Program-made: the position numbers and the translations under genes
Assembly (NCBI RefSeq): GCF_009914755.1
Contig: NC_060947.1
Origin: the human T2T-CHM13v2.0 reference genome, Homo sapiens
Length of the DNA stretch: 64,000 nucleotides
Strand: one strand, 5' to 3'
Shown: piece by piece, positions 40,000-52,880 of the stretch
How positions within the stretch are numbered: position 1 is the first letter of the stretch
Layout of the letters: each line of letters opens with the position of its first letter
Notes under the pieces: generated by a model
Databases searched by the model: none
What the model saw: the letters and a program-made list of their open reading frames with translations, nothing else
Told to the model about the DNA's origin: nothing

Positions 40000-40679
40000 C
40001 GTAGCTGCCCAACAGGTTCTTCCTTCCAGCTGCTCAGATAGAGTCGATTTATCAAGAGAGAGGAATTGCAATAAAGAGTTTAATACATATAGAGCCAGCT
40101 AAATGGGAGACTAAAGTTTTATTATTACTCAAATCGTTTCCCCGAATATTCAGAGCCTAGGGTTTTTAAAAAATAGTTCAGTGGGCAGGTGGCTAGGGAA
40201 TGCGTGTTGCTGATCAATTGGGGATGCAATCATAGTGGTGTGGAAAATGGTCTGGGTGGAACCATCCAGTTACCAGAAATGCAAAAGTCTGAAAAGACAT
40301 CTCAAAAGGCCAATTTTTTGTTCTACAATAGTGATGTTATTTACAGGAGTAACTGGGGAAGCTGCAAATCTTCTGACCTCTGGAATAATGGCTGGTAATT
40401 GTTTAACTATGCCTACATCTTATCAGAATCCAGGGCCCTCTCATTCTCCTAACCTGGTGGCCTTTCATTAGTTTTACAAAGGCAGGTTAGCTCTTTGGGA
40501 AGGGCTACTATCATTTAAACTATAAACTACATTTCTCCTAAAGTTAGCTAGTCTCATGACAAGGAGTGACCAAGGGCAGTTTGGAGGTTAAAGGCAAGAT
40601 GGAGTTGGTTAGACAGTAAAAGATCTCTTTTACTGTCAACAGTTCTCTCATTGTTATAATTTTTGCAAAGGCAGTTTCA
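40000..40679 (-). mobile_element. LTR8A/B-like ERV1 solo LTR
   Basis: GATTTATCAAGA...GGAATTGCAAT...GTTTTATTATTACTCAAATC...TTTTGCAAAGGCAGTTTCA; related to the 43091 LTR. Confidence 0.75.
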
Positions 40680-41350
40680 TTTCTTGAAACCTCACCACCT
40701 ATGAAATCTTAAACTCCAAGAATCCATTCTCTGGTTATGACCTCAAGTTTTCCAACTCACTCTCCTCAATTCTACTATAGCTAGTCTTCACTGTAGTGAG
40801 ATATCCACTACCTTGAACAGCTCCAGTTCTTGTAGACTTTTTGTCCCTTACTGGCTTCTCAAAGATCATGTAATTTTCCCTTCTGCTGTACCAGTCCAGC
40901 ATAACTCCAACCCTCAGGTATACAAAATTATCTTTACTCTCTGCCTTTGCCCAGTCTCATTTATTCTCTACATTGCAGGCTGAGTAACCTTTTTAAATGC
41001 AAATTTAACCACAGGAACTTCCCCCACCCCTCCAAATTGCCTTGCTTAATCCTTTAAATGGCTCCCCATAGTTCTTAGGATAAAGTCCCAATTCCACAGT
41101 ATGCCATATAAAATCAGCAATAATTTTTGCCCTGTGTGCATTTGTTTCTGGGCTCAGTTCCTACCTCTCTCTATTTCAAAATCTATGCTTCATCTACACT
41201 GAGATGCTAGTACCTTCCCCCACACTCATCATGATGTTTCTTATTTATGAGCATGTCCTCTCTGTCTGGAATGCCCTCAGCCCTCTTTGCAAGCCTAGCT
41301 CCTATTTATCCTTTAAAGACTCCTCTCAGGAGGCATCTCCTCCCTGATGA
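40680..41350 (+). mobile_element. L2 fragments
   Basis: AATGGCTCCCCATAGTTCTTAGGATAAAGTCC and CTCTGTCTGGAATGCCCT motifs. Confidence 0.55.
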
Positions 41351-42602
41351 AATCTCAGAGGTGACTTAGTTTTTAAAACTCAAATTCTCTAGGCACTTTA
41401 TATTTGGTACCTAGACCCAGGGTGATATTAAAATATTGAGCAATCAGATACCAGTGCATGCTGGTTGTGCATCAAACCTGCTCAGGCAATAAAATACTGT
41501 AATATTTAAAGAGTCTCTCTCCTTTCCTGTCTCCTCTTTCCCTCATTGGTTCCACTTATCAGCAAAACCCTGGGCAACTGAGCTGGGGCAGAATCAGCAG
41601 CTGAAACTTTCATTGTGTACCAATAAAAATGTCATTAGAAACCTTGAGGCTTAACTTTTTCCATCCTCATGCGTCATTGCTAAGGGATTCCTTCAGACCA
41701 CTTCTATATTTCTGCCTGCTCCACCCTGGTAATCAGTGCCTTACATACAATGGTAGGCTCTGGGTTAGTAATAATATCTTTTCAAGAAAGGTGACTGGTA
41801 AGAATTTCTCAGGGACACACCTAAATAAACCAAAACCCAAGGTCAATATATTACAGTGACAAAAAGGAGATTTGTTGGATTGAAAGAAAACAATCCCAAG
41901 TTAGAGATGTGTTTCACTTTCTCTTTTTTGATATGAATAGTTTCTATATATAGTTGTCACACCTATGAAGAATGTAATTTTTAGAGGACCAGGCCATATT
42001 TATCTATTTGCCATGTTTAAGATAGTGCTAGAGATATAATAGTTATTCAATAAATATTTGTTGACTGACTCAATGAATGAAAGGATGGATGTACCATTCT
42101 TTAGTAGAGATGAGCAATTATTACTTGGTAAAAGAAAGCAGAAACTAAGAAGGATGTTATACTTCTACTAAGAATACTTCTACTAAGAAAACTACAACAG
42201 TTGGAGGGAGCAATTTAAAGTTGAGCTGAAATTCTTTAGTATTGTTATCTCAAGTGCCACAATAAGGAATTCATTCTTTTGTACTGTGAAAACTCACTTG
42301 TGTGATACCTAGCATGTAATGCCAAACCATTTGCATGCTGTTCAAAGAATTGTTCTGCATATAGATTGGTTTGTGTACCCATATGTATAAAAATTCAATT
42401 TAAAGGAGCAGCAGAATTAGTCAATGAGATTGAAGTTTCTCTTCAACATTCACTGTAGACGAAAGAGGTGCCCATGCTTATTTGTATGTTTAAGGAGGGA
42501 AGCTGGAGGAGGTATCTGATGCATGTCTTGCAAAGAATAAACAATATTAACATTTTTCCTGTGTATCATTGTTTTCTCTCTTGCTTGCTCTCTTTACTGC
42601 AG

Positions 42603-42702
42603 ATGTTGTGGCTATTTCTTGATGGTTTTCAGGCTCCAGTTCATTAAGATTACTGCAATTGGTGCCTCTGCTGAGGATTTCACTACTGTCTTTCACCAGC
42701 AG
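42603..42702 (+). other. Candidate exon (100 nt), probably non-coding
   Basis: Branch-like TTAAC near 42547, about 30-nt pyrimidine tract ending TTTACTGCAG/, donor CAG/GTACAC. Confidence 0.35.
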
Positions 42703-43090
42703 GTACACAGCAACATGAATATGCTTCTAAATCACATTTATGCTTACTTCAAAATTATAACAGCTGGATTATCTGACTCTGTACTGTCGCTCTTGTCAAA
42801 TAAATAAATTAACCCCTAAATCTCTTCTAGAGCAAAGCCAAAATCAGTGTTCCTGTAAACTTTCCAAAGTTAAAATACAGGGGTTTTTCTCCTGTATTGT
42901 TTTAAGCAGGGTAAAAATACTGAATTTAAAATATTGGAAAAATATTAGATAGACTCAACCATGAAATAAAACTGTTTTATATTTCCCCATAGCTATCTTT
43001 TCACATGCAGGGTAGGTCTCTCTTCATTGATTGGTTTCCTTTTATTACATAGTGTTCTGGGAGAAGCAAAGTAATCTTGAGCACCATAAG

Positions 43091-43766
43091 TGTAACCACC
43101 CAAGGGGTTCACCTTGCCCGCTGCCTAGACAGAGCCAATTCATCAAGACAAGGGAATTGCAGTCAAGAAAGAGTAATTCACGCAGAGCCAGCTGTGTGGG
43201 AGATCGGAGTTTTATTATTACTCAAATCAGTCTCCCCGAGTATTGGGGGAGCAGAGTTTTTAAGGATAACTTGGTGGGTGGGGGGAAGCCAGTGAGTCAG
43301 GAGTGCTGATTGGTCAGAGATGAAATCATAGGGAGTCGGAGCTGTCTTCTTGCCTCTGAGTCAGTTCCTGGGTGGGGCCATAAGATCAGATGAGCCAGTT
43401 CATTGATCTGGGTGGTGCCAGCTGATCCATCAAGTGCAGGGTCTGCACAATTTCTCAAGCAGTGATCTTAGGAGCAGTTTAGGGAGGGTCAGAATCTTGT
43501 AGCCTCCAGCTGCATGACTTCTAAACCATCATTTCTAATCTTGTGGTTACTGTTAGTCCTACAAAGGCAACCTAGTCCCAGGCAGGAAGGAGGTCTGCTT
43601 TGGGAAAGGGCTGTTACCGTCTTTGTTTAAACTAAGTTTCTCCCAAAGTTAGTTCAGACTACGCCCAGGAATGAACAAGGCCAGCTTGGAGGCTAGAAGC
43701 AAGATGGAGTCAGTTAAGTTAGAACACTTTCACTGTCTCAGTCATAATTTTGCAAAGGCGATTTCA
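43091..43766 (-). mobile_element. LTR8 ERV1 solo LTR
   Basis: TGTAACCACCCAAGGGGTTCACCTTGCCCGCTGCCTAGACAGAGCC...TTTTGCAAAGGCGATTTCA; perfect TSD TAAG. Confidence 0.92.
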
Positions 43767-44395
43767 TAAGGGTCAAAGAAACTGTGAACTTGTGGATTAA
43801 ACTTGCAAAAATGCTTTCTTGATGAGGACTGTTTGTCTTTCTTGTCTTCTGATATATATCAATTTGCAAATTAAAATAGAATCTTTAAGGCCTCTCTGAT
43901 TTCTGTTTGAATTTGAAATGGGATACAGCTCCCAGATTCCTTTATCTGACATTCTAACTCATAGGGGTACTGCTCAAAGCTGCCAGAACATGTTTTTCAT
44001 TCCGTAAGTGTCAACTGAGCCCTTAATCCTCTTCAAGTTGGTTAAATAAGTTAGTGCGGGAAGTTGTGTCATGAGAAGGAATCCCACAGACTTGGAACTA
44101 AAAAGATTTAGGGGGAATTAGTTAGGTCCTCTTGAGATAAGGCAGGGTTGCTTTATCTAACTGGTCACTCCTTTTACATGACTGATAGAGGATGAAAAAA
44201 ATGTCTCTGAACTTCTCAATCTAGATTTATTTTTGCAGCTTAACTCAGCCTTGGCTCATGTGCCTGCCCATCTCCATTATTAGAGTCAAAGAAGGGTTTT
44301 TGGTGTGTGAATTTTCCTCTGGAATCAGATAGAGAAAGATAAGCAGATGAATAGAGCTTTGCATTTACATGACAACAGAAGAGCAAAAGACAAAT

Positions 44396-44701
44396 GGCGC
44401 CAGACATGGTGACTCATGCCTATAATCCCAGCACTTTGGGAGGCCAAGGCTGGTGGATCACCTGAGGTCAGGGGTTCGAGACCAACCTGGCCAACCTAAT
44501 GAAAACCCGTCTCCACTAAACATACAAAAATTAACTGAGTGTGGTGGCACACACCTGTAATTCCAGCTACTCAGGAGGCTGAGGCAGGAGAGTCACTTGA
44601 ACCGGGGAGGCAGAAATTGCTGTGAGCCGAGATCATGCCATTGCACTCCAGCCTGAGTAACAGAGCAAGACTTTGTCTCAGAAAAAGAAAAAGAAAAAAA
44701 A
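44396..44701 (+). mobile_element. AluS
   Basis: Full dimer; TSD AAAAGACAAAT. Confidence 0.93.
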
Positions 44702-44929
44702 AAAAGACAAATAGAAAGAAAAGACACCCTGTGCAATTGTGTCTTTCTTTCAACAATTTGTCGACACATGTGTTTGGATTGTACTCATCATTGGTTTATA
44801 TTGGACAAAGAATAACCCTATCAGTTCCTGTGTTGAAAAGAGGGCAAATTCATGTGAACTGGAGCAATCTTTACATGGAATAAGTGCAAAAGGAGACCTT
44901 GGCTACTTATGATACAGAATCTTCTACCT

Positions 44930-45112
44930 TGAGGGTCAGCATACTGGGGTCTGCCTGTTCTGGTAAATAAAGTTTCATTGGAACACAGCCACATTCATTC
45001 ATTTATATGTTGTTTATAGCTGCTTCTAAGTAGTTGTGACAGCAGTTGTATGACTCACAAAGCTTAACATAATTACTGTCTGGCCCTTGACAGAAAAAGT
45101 TTTCCAACCCTG
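44930..45112. mobile_element. MER58A (hAT-Charlie)
   Basis: GTAAATAAAGTTTCATTGGAACACAGCCAC...CAGAAAAAGTTTTCCAACCCTG; 8-bp TSD TTCTACCT/TTCTACCC. Confidence 0.85.
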
Positions 45113-45954
45113 TTCTACCCAACACAGATCAGGAAGAGATGCCATGGTCCTGAGAGGTGGTCAATAGATATGATCACTTTTTGGGAAACATTTATAGTTT
45201 AAAGTTTAAAAATGTTAGTTGCAGACAATTATTTAGAAATTATAGCAGTATATCAGTTAATTGATTTGATAAAATTAATATATATACTGTTTATCAATAT
45301 AAATAATTTACATTATGGACTTGTTTTATTGTATTATTCAGACTTTGTAGTCACTGGAAAGGTATAGAAACGAAGGCGCTATCTAAAATGATAGTAATAA
45401 TTCATATCAGTCAATAGCATTGATTAGGCACTCATGTGGTACAGAACTCTATTCCAGGCCCAGGAGGAAGAAGGGAAGAGCCCAAAAGAAACAGATGCTG
45501 TTATAACTGAGGATCCTACTAAATGGTCTAATTAAGAAGCTGTTGTATATTCCTGCAGTGATTCCAGAAAACTCATAAAGTAATATAAACCCATGAAAGC
45601 AAATGAAAAGAGCTCAGAATCTAGGACAGAAAGATAAGGGATGAATTCCCTGTATGTCAGTCACCTAGATGCTTCTTCAGGCCTTCATCCTGTGGATTTG
45701 CCCTGATTCTTTTGGTTGTTCAGGAATTTGTTTAAACATAGATTTCATACTTTGGCTTTTGACTTTCATCTTGCTGATTTTTGCCCATTGATAAGTATAT
45801 TGAGATTATTTTGGAACTTGTATCTGAAGTTGAATGTAAAGACATTTTATTCTGACATTTCCTGAAAAATATATGCGTGACTTGTTTGTCTTCATCCAAG
45901 TGATAGAGGCACAAGAATCCTAGAGGTAGCTGTGACCTTAGAGGCGATCTACAG

Positions 45955-46080
45955 CAAAGCTTTCTCAAACATTAATTTTCATCTGGATAACCTGGGGATC
46001 TTATTAAAATGCAGATTCTAATTCAATAGGTCTGGAGTGGATCCTGAGAAGTCTGCAGATGAGACTTTGAAGAGCAAGGT
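45955..46080. mobile_element. MER5B-like
   Basis: ACCTGGGGATCTTATTAAAATGCAGATTCTAATTCAATAGGTCTGG. Confidence 0.7.
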
Positions 46081-46215
46081 GCTAGAGGATCAGCTGGTAA
46101 GAATTTGTTCTGCAATATCTCTGAAGATTTTCACTAGCTTCATTGTGAATACTGTTAAGGTACACAAAGAACTCACAACCTTCAAGGCAACCTGGTTCAT
46201 CATGGAGAATTTTAA

Positions 46216-46567
<352 letters not shown>

Positions 46568-46921
46568 TGAAGTTTTTTACGATGAGTTCAATTTCTTGTA
46601 AATTTAATAATGGTTGCTATTGAATTGCCACTTTTGAGATTATCAGCCAATTCTTTCTTCTTGGCCAAATTTAAGCCCTCTAGGAGACTCTGTATTATAA
46701 GTGGGTTGTTGTCCAAGGGAAGTAACTAGTGATGAGAGATTGGATTTGGAGCTTCACTTAGTTGCTGGCTGACTACTTCGCTTTCCCTATATGCTTCCTT
46801 TTCTTTCTCCTTCTCTCCAGTCTTCTGAACTGAACACACATCATACGTACAGTTTATCATATGTACACACATCAATACCAATTGGAGGTATTCAAGCCCC
46901 AGGATAGTATGCCATCTGACC

Positions 46922-47103
46922 TCAGTGGTGTGCTGGTAAATGATTAACAACTGTTTTTGGGGGTGAGGGTGTGGAATGGTAACACATTACTATTAAAGTT
47001 AAATGCTTGCCAATTTCCATGGTGTAAATACCCCTACCATCGCTTATTTCTAACTAAAATTCCTAAAAATTTAATAGCCAGTAAGAATCTCCAGCACAGC
47101 TCC
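46922..47103. mobile_element. MER63-like (hAT-Blackjack)
   Basis: CAGTGGTGTGCTGGTAAATG...CCAATTTCCATGGTGTAAATAC...CCAGCAC; 8-bp TSD ATCTGACC. Confidence 0.75.
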
Positions 47104-48733
47104 ATCTGACCCCTCATAGTAAATAACAGTTAACAATTATAGAGCACTTACTATGTAAGAGGCAATATGTTACACATTGTACATCTGGCCTCTAACAAAA
47201 TTAAAATGAGACCCTATTTATTCATTCAACAAGTCACAGAATTTCCTTCATGGTAGGTGCCAGAGAAATAAAGATGAATGGGAATCAACCTCTGCCCTCA
47301 ACCTATTCATGGAGTCTAGTGGGAGAGACAGATACATAAATAAATTACAGTGCAACATAATAAATAATGGGACAGATGGTGAAGGTAACTGATTTAGTAC
47401 CCATTTTGGTCCCTGCTGGGGGTAAGGGAAGTGGAAGAGAGGCCATTTTCTTTACCTTCTTGCAAAAGCCCATGCTTACCATGTCAAAATATCTTTTGTG
47501 AATACATTTTATGTAGATATTCTTTATATCTAAGGGAATTGAAGAGCATATCAGTTTCTTTAAAAAGAAAATTTTTGACATGCATGTTACGTCTTGGAAT
47601 TGGGTCTAAATTATCTGTCATATAGGCTTCTGAAAGAGAATATGGAATACAGAGAAGAAACCTTTTGAGAAGTGACAATTTGCAGACCTCAGGAGTACTA
47701 TCCTTATTCAAATTCAATTTCATTTTAGAAAGCTTGAAGGCATTGGACTATTACAGAGATAAAAAGCCAAGTATTAATCTTTTGAGTTAGTATCTTATTC
47801 AAGATGTTGAACCTGAGAAGAGTTTGCAGAACTCTAATTCTTTTAAAACTAAAGATCAAGCAAAAAAAGTTTTAAGAAATGGTGACTTGATGGCTACTTC
47901 TTATTTGATTGTTGCTAACAATTAATGTAATTTATTACAACCACTGACTGCTTATTTATTTTATTGCCTGAAGTCCTTATGGAAGTAGGATGGGCCAAAA
48001 TAATAAAATACTATTTTATTTTGCTTCCAAGCTTCTTTGCCTCAGTACTCTATTTGTCTGTCACTTTTCTACTGGCTTACACAGGCCAGAATTATATTTT
48101 AGCATTGTGATCGGAGTGTGAAAACAGGGTTTGGGGTATATCAAAAACCAATCTTGATGTGCCAGAATGGTGTGCCAGAAAACAAGGTTGTTATGCTTCT
48201 TTCTCTTCTATCTGTCCTATGTGGACCTAGCATGAGTGATGTGATTATTTAGTGCAGAATTCTTGATATTTCGCGAGGAACCCTACTAAGCAAGCTTGCT
48301 TTGGTTTCTCACAGGATTAAGGAAGACAGAATAAAGAATGATGCTTTGAAAAGAGAACAGTGAGGGACCTAGGAACCAGTCACAACCTCCTAATTCCCTG
48401 CAAGGCCTTGGGGATGCTGTGCTGAAATTTTTAAATACAAAACGGCTGTAAAGGTTTACATTTTACCGAGTTAGTATGAAGGGGAAAAAAGGTAAATGGG
48501 AAAACTCAATAATTGATGATCAAGTTCATTAATTGGATATATTTCTATATTATTAAATGATTTACTTTTATGTTTATTTTACATAGCTTTTCATTTGGTT
48601 TTACTTTTCTATAGGCCTTTGTAGATGAACAAGTCTCTCTGGACTGTTACCCAAAAGAGGAATTTATTGACATTTTAATGTTGGCTTTTTTTTTTCTGCC
48701 GAGTAATAGTCAAATGGGGAAGCTACTACAAGT

Positions 48734-48879
48734 TAGGATGACCAACAAATTTACCATTCAAACCAGGACATTCTTGAGAATGAAAGGAGGTGCTGTTATT
48801 AATATACTATAATAATTATTCTGGTAGATTAGGAATAAACAGACTGTCAATTAGCAAACTGGAATGTATGGCCATCCTA
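48734..48879. mobile_element. MER81
   Basis: TIRs TAGGATGACCA / TGGCCATCCTA; CAAACCAGGACATTCTTGAGAATGAAAGG. Confidence 0.75.
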
Positions 48880-49219
48880 ACTGTGGGTCGTTTAATCACT
48901 GCCATTTGGTTGCCATTGGATTTCTGTTTTTTTTTTCTTAAGCTCCAACAGAATAAATGCCATGGGATTTCATTGAAACATCTGAAAAACATGAAGCCAT
49001 GCAGTTTTTACAAAATTGCCTGGGATTCGCATATGTTCCTATCGTGGAAATTAGAATAGGGTCAAGAAATAGTAATTCTCTCCCTTATGACTGAAACAAG
49101 AGAGTGAGAAGAAGGCTTCCAAAGTTAGATGATCCTTTTTCTAGGTCATTACTTCCCTGAGCTTATGTACCTGCATTCCACAGGGCTCAGAAAGCTTTCG
49201 CTACTCTATATTCCTGTTA

Positions 49220-49580
49220 CAAATGTTGCCTGAGCCCAGATTTTTCTCATATCTCACCTGGGCTATAGCAAAAATCTTCTTACTGATCTCCCTGCCTATA
49301 GTCTTTCTACATGTCAAATCCTTTCTCCATATCATAGGCAGATTGGTTTATCTAAAATGTAAAGCTGACCATATCACTCTCTATTTCAACATTTTCCAGC
49401 AGCTCCTGTTCCCTACAGTACAAGATCAAAATCACTTTGCAGGGCACACAAGACCCCCCATAAATTTATTCCTGTCTAATTCTTCAGCATCACTCTTTAG
49501 CAACAATAAATTGTTTCAATTTCTCCATACACACCATGCTATCTTTTACTTTTATTCATTTTTGAACTTATCTTCACATG
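49220..49580 (+). mobile_element. L2 fragment
   Basis: ATCTCACCTGGGCTAT...CTAAAATGTAAAGCTGACCATATCACTC. Confidence 0.55.
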
Positions 49581-50919
49581 TAGAAAACTGTGCAAAGGGA
49601 GTCTTCCCCCACAGGAGGAAGGATAGTGTTTGACTCTGAGAATATCTGAATTCATCACTTGTCATTTATCTTTTATTTACATACAGCAAAATTCACTGCT
49701 TTTGGTGACTATTCTATAAGTTTTGGCAAATATACACAGTTATGTAACCACAACCACTACAATCAAGTTCCAGTTTCATCACTCTCCTCTCTTCCCGCAA
49801 AATGATCTTGTTTGTTACCTTTGTAATCAAGCCTTTATTCCCTGGCAATCACCAATCTGTTCTGTACCCTTATAATTTTGCCTTTTATAGAATATCATGT
49901 AAATGGAATGATGCAATATATATGTATTACTCAGCATAATGGAGACTCATCCTTGTTGTTGCATGTATCAGTATTTCATTCCTTTTTATTGTTGAGTAAA
50001 TGTTCCATTGGATGGATGTACCATATTCTGTTTATCCATTCCTCTGTTAAGGAACATTTGGGTTGTTTCCAGTTATGGGTAACTATGAATAAAGCTGCTA
50101 TGAACATTTTCAAACAGATTTTCCTGTGAACACAGGTTTTTATTCTGCTTAGACAGAAGCCCAGGAGTGGGATGACTGGGTTGTATGGTAAGCGTATGTT
50201 TATAAGAAAACTGCCAAACTATTTTCCAAAGTGGCTGTACTGTTTTGCATTCCCACAACCAATATATGAGGGTTTCTGTTCCTCCACATCCTCAACAAAA
50301 TTTGATATGGCCAGTAATTTTAATGTAAGCCATCCTATTAGGTGTGTGTAGTATAATTTCATTGCGGTTTTCATTTGCGTTTTTATAATGACTAATTACA
50401 CAGAGCATCTTTTCATATGCTTTTATGCTGTCTGTTTATCTTCTTTGAAGTGTCTGATCAAATATTTTACCCATGTCTTTATTGGATTTTTAGTGTTCTC
50501 ATTGTTAAGTTTTGAGAATTCTTTATATATTTTTAATGAAATTATTTTGTCAGAAATATGATTTGCATATATTTTTTCCCATTCTGCGGCTTCTTTTCTA
50601 TTCTCTTAACAGTGTCTTTTGTAGAGCAAACATTTTCAATTTTGATTAAGTTTATGAATTGTTTCTTTTAAGCATCAGGCTTTTGCTGTCATATATAAAA
50701 GTTGTCTGTCTAACCCAAGGGGTATTAGTTTGCTAGGGGTGTTATATACCACAGACGGGGGTGCTTAAACAACAGAAATTTATTTTCTCACAGTCTGGAG
50801 GCTAGAAGTCCAAGATCAAGATGTCAGCAGGTTTGGTTTCTCCTCAGGTCTCTCTTCTTGGCTTCTCTTCTCACTGTGTCCCACATGGTCTTCCTTTTGT
50901 TAGTGCATCTTCGTGTTTG

Positions 50920-50979
50920 TGTATTAGTCAGTGTTTCTTAGAGAAACACAACTAATAGGATAAATATTTATATATAATG

Positions 50980-51028
<49 letters not shown>

Positions 51029-51425
51029 GTATGATTTATTATGAGGAGTTGGCTCATGCAATTATGGAGGCTAAGTCCCACAACCTGCAGTCTGCAAACT
51101 GGAAAGCCATTGGTGTAGTTCAGTCCAAGTCCGAAGATCTGAAAACCAGGGAAACTGATGGTGTAAGTCTCAGTCGAAGGGTGGAAGAAGACTGATGTTC
51201 CAACTAAATAGGCAGAAGGAGCAAATTCTCCCTTCCTTCAACTTTTGTTCTTAAAAGATTGGATGATGCCCACCCATATTGAAGAAAGTAATCTTCTTTA
51301 CCGAGCCCACCAATTCAAATGCTAATCTCATCCAGAGACACCCTCACAGACACACCCAGAAATAATATTTAGCTAAATATCTGAGTACCCCGTGATCCAG
51401 TTGATACATACAATTAACCATCACA
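50920..51425 (-). mobile_element. MLT2 (B/C-like) LTR
   Basis: TGTATTAGTCAG...GAGAAACA...CACCCTCACAGACACACCCAGAAATAAT...ATTAACCATCACA. Confidence 0.85.
50985..51026. repeat. (TA)21 microsatellite
   Basis: Perfect TA run inside the MLT2 LTR. Confidence 0.95.
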
Positions 51426-51914
51426 GTCCTAATTTTCTCTTCACACTCTTCTTAAAAGGGTACCAGTCATATTGGATTAGGCCCCATGCATATGACATCA
51501 TTTTACCTTAATTTGCTCTTTAAAGACCCTATCTCCAAATAAAGTCACATTCTGAGGTACTGGGGGTTAAGACTTCAATGTATGAATTGAAGGGTTGTCA
51601 CAATTTAACTCATGACACAGGTCAAAGATTTTCTTTTATGTTTTCTGCTAAATGTAAATTATTTTAGTAGAGAAATTGTAAAGTTATTGGTGAGGACAGA
51701 GACTGATTTGCTGAATGCTGTACTGCGAATGCCTAGCACAATGCTTGGTATACAAAAATCCTCACCAAAAGCTTGTTGAATGAATGAGTGAATGAATGTG
51801 GATCTCATTCATTATTCCATTTATGCTCTTCGAATCTCAAAAAACGCTTGTAGCTGCCCTGCTGGAGGACCTTTATTGTATTTAATGATTCAAATTATTG
51901 CCTGATAACTTAAC

Positions 51915-52880
51915 AAGAACTATTCAAAATTGCCCCAAATGGAAATATCTACTAAAGACAAACATGAGCTTACTCTATGACTCATCAGTTTCATTCCCGG
52001 GTATATACCCTACAGATTCGTATGTATGTTCACCAAGACACAAATACAAGAATGTTCAAAACAACACCACCTATAAAAGACAAAACTGGATGCATCCAGA
52101 ATGCTCATCAACAGAAAAATTGATACATTTTGACATATTCACAAAATGTGACACTAGACAGAAATGATACTATGGTTTGGATGTCCTCTCCAAAACTCAT
52201 GTTTGAAATTTAGTTTCCATGGTGACAGTATTACGAGGTGAGACTATTAAGAGGTAATTAGGCCATAAGGTGCCTACCTTCATAAATGGATTAATACTAT
52301 TATTGCAGGAGTGGGTTAGTTATTGAGAGGGTGGGCTTTTGGTAAAACGATGAAGTTCAACCCCCATCTTTTCTCTGTTTTATGTGCTCATTTGCCCTTC
52401 CACCTTCCGCCATAGGATGACACAGCACAAAGACCTTTGCCAGATGCCAGCATCTTGATATGAACTGTCCTAACCTCCAGAACTGTGAGAAATAAATTTA
52501 TTTTCTTTATAAATTACCCAGTCTGTAGGATTCTGTTACAGCAACAGGAAACAAGCTAAGAAAAATAACAATAAATGTATTACTTATATATGCAACAACA
52601 TGAATGTATCTTAAAACATTGATCAAGCACAGATAAAAAGAACACAAATTTCATTACTTCATTTATGTAAAGCTAAAAAACAGGCAAAACTTACCTATGG
52701 TTATAGAACTCATGACAGTTGTTACCTTTAGGGAAGAGGGAATTTGGAGAGAATATTAGGGGGCTTCTGTGGTGCTGGTAATGTTCTATTTATTTACATG
52801 GGTGGTAGGTACATGTAGGTTCACTTTGTAAAATATAATTGAACTCTGATTTATTATTTGAGTTTACTTTTAAAAAATTA
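51915..52880 (+). mobile_element. L1ME 3' end, split by an MST LTR
   Basis: ATCTACTAAAG...CTATGACTCA...CAGGCAAAACTTACCTATGG...GGGGCTTCTGTGGTGCTGGTAATGTTCTATTT. Confidence 0.75.
52168..52563 (+). mobile_element. MST (MSTC/D-like) solo LTR
   Basis: CTATGGTTTGGATGTCC...CCAAAACTCATGT...CCTCCAGAACTGTGAGAAATAAATT...TAAATTACCCAGTCTG. Confidence 0.85.

Larger units (their letters stand above)
50721..51617 (-). mobile_element. MLT1A-like LTR, split by MLT2
   Basis: GCTTAAACAACAGAAATTTATTTTCTCACAG...; second half AAAGACCCTATCTCCAAAT...GTCACATTCTGAGGTACTGGGGGTTA. Confidence 0.85.
49665..51670 (-). mobile_element. L1M (MC/MD-like) 3' end, split by MLT1A
   Basis: Antisense L1 3' UTR and ORF2 end (AACTGCCAAACTATTTTCCAAAGTGGCTGTAC); resumes at 51618 (GGTCAAAGATTTTC). 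Confidence 0.8.

Noticed and set aside
42549-42708. Protein-like minus-strand frame (VYLLVKDSSEILSRGTNCSNLNELEPENHQE...)
   Set aside because: Only about 53 codons between stops, with no ATG, weak splice sites and no recognisable family
49223-49633. 136-aa hydrophobic ORF
   Set aside because: Overlaps a pyrimidine-rich L2 fragment and has a non-informative composition
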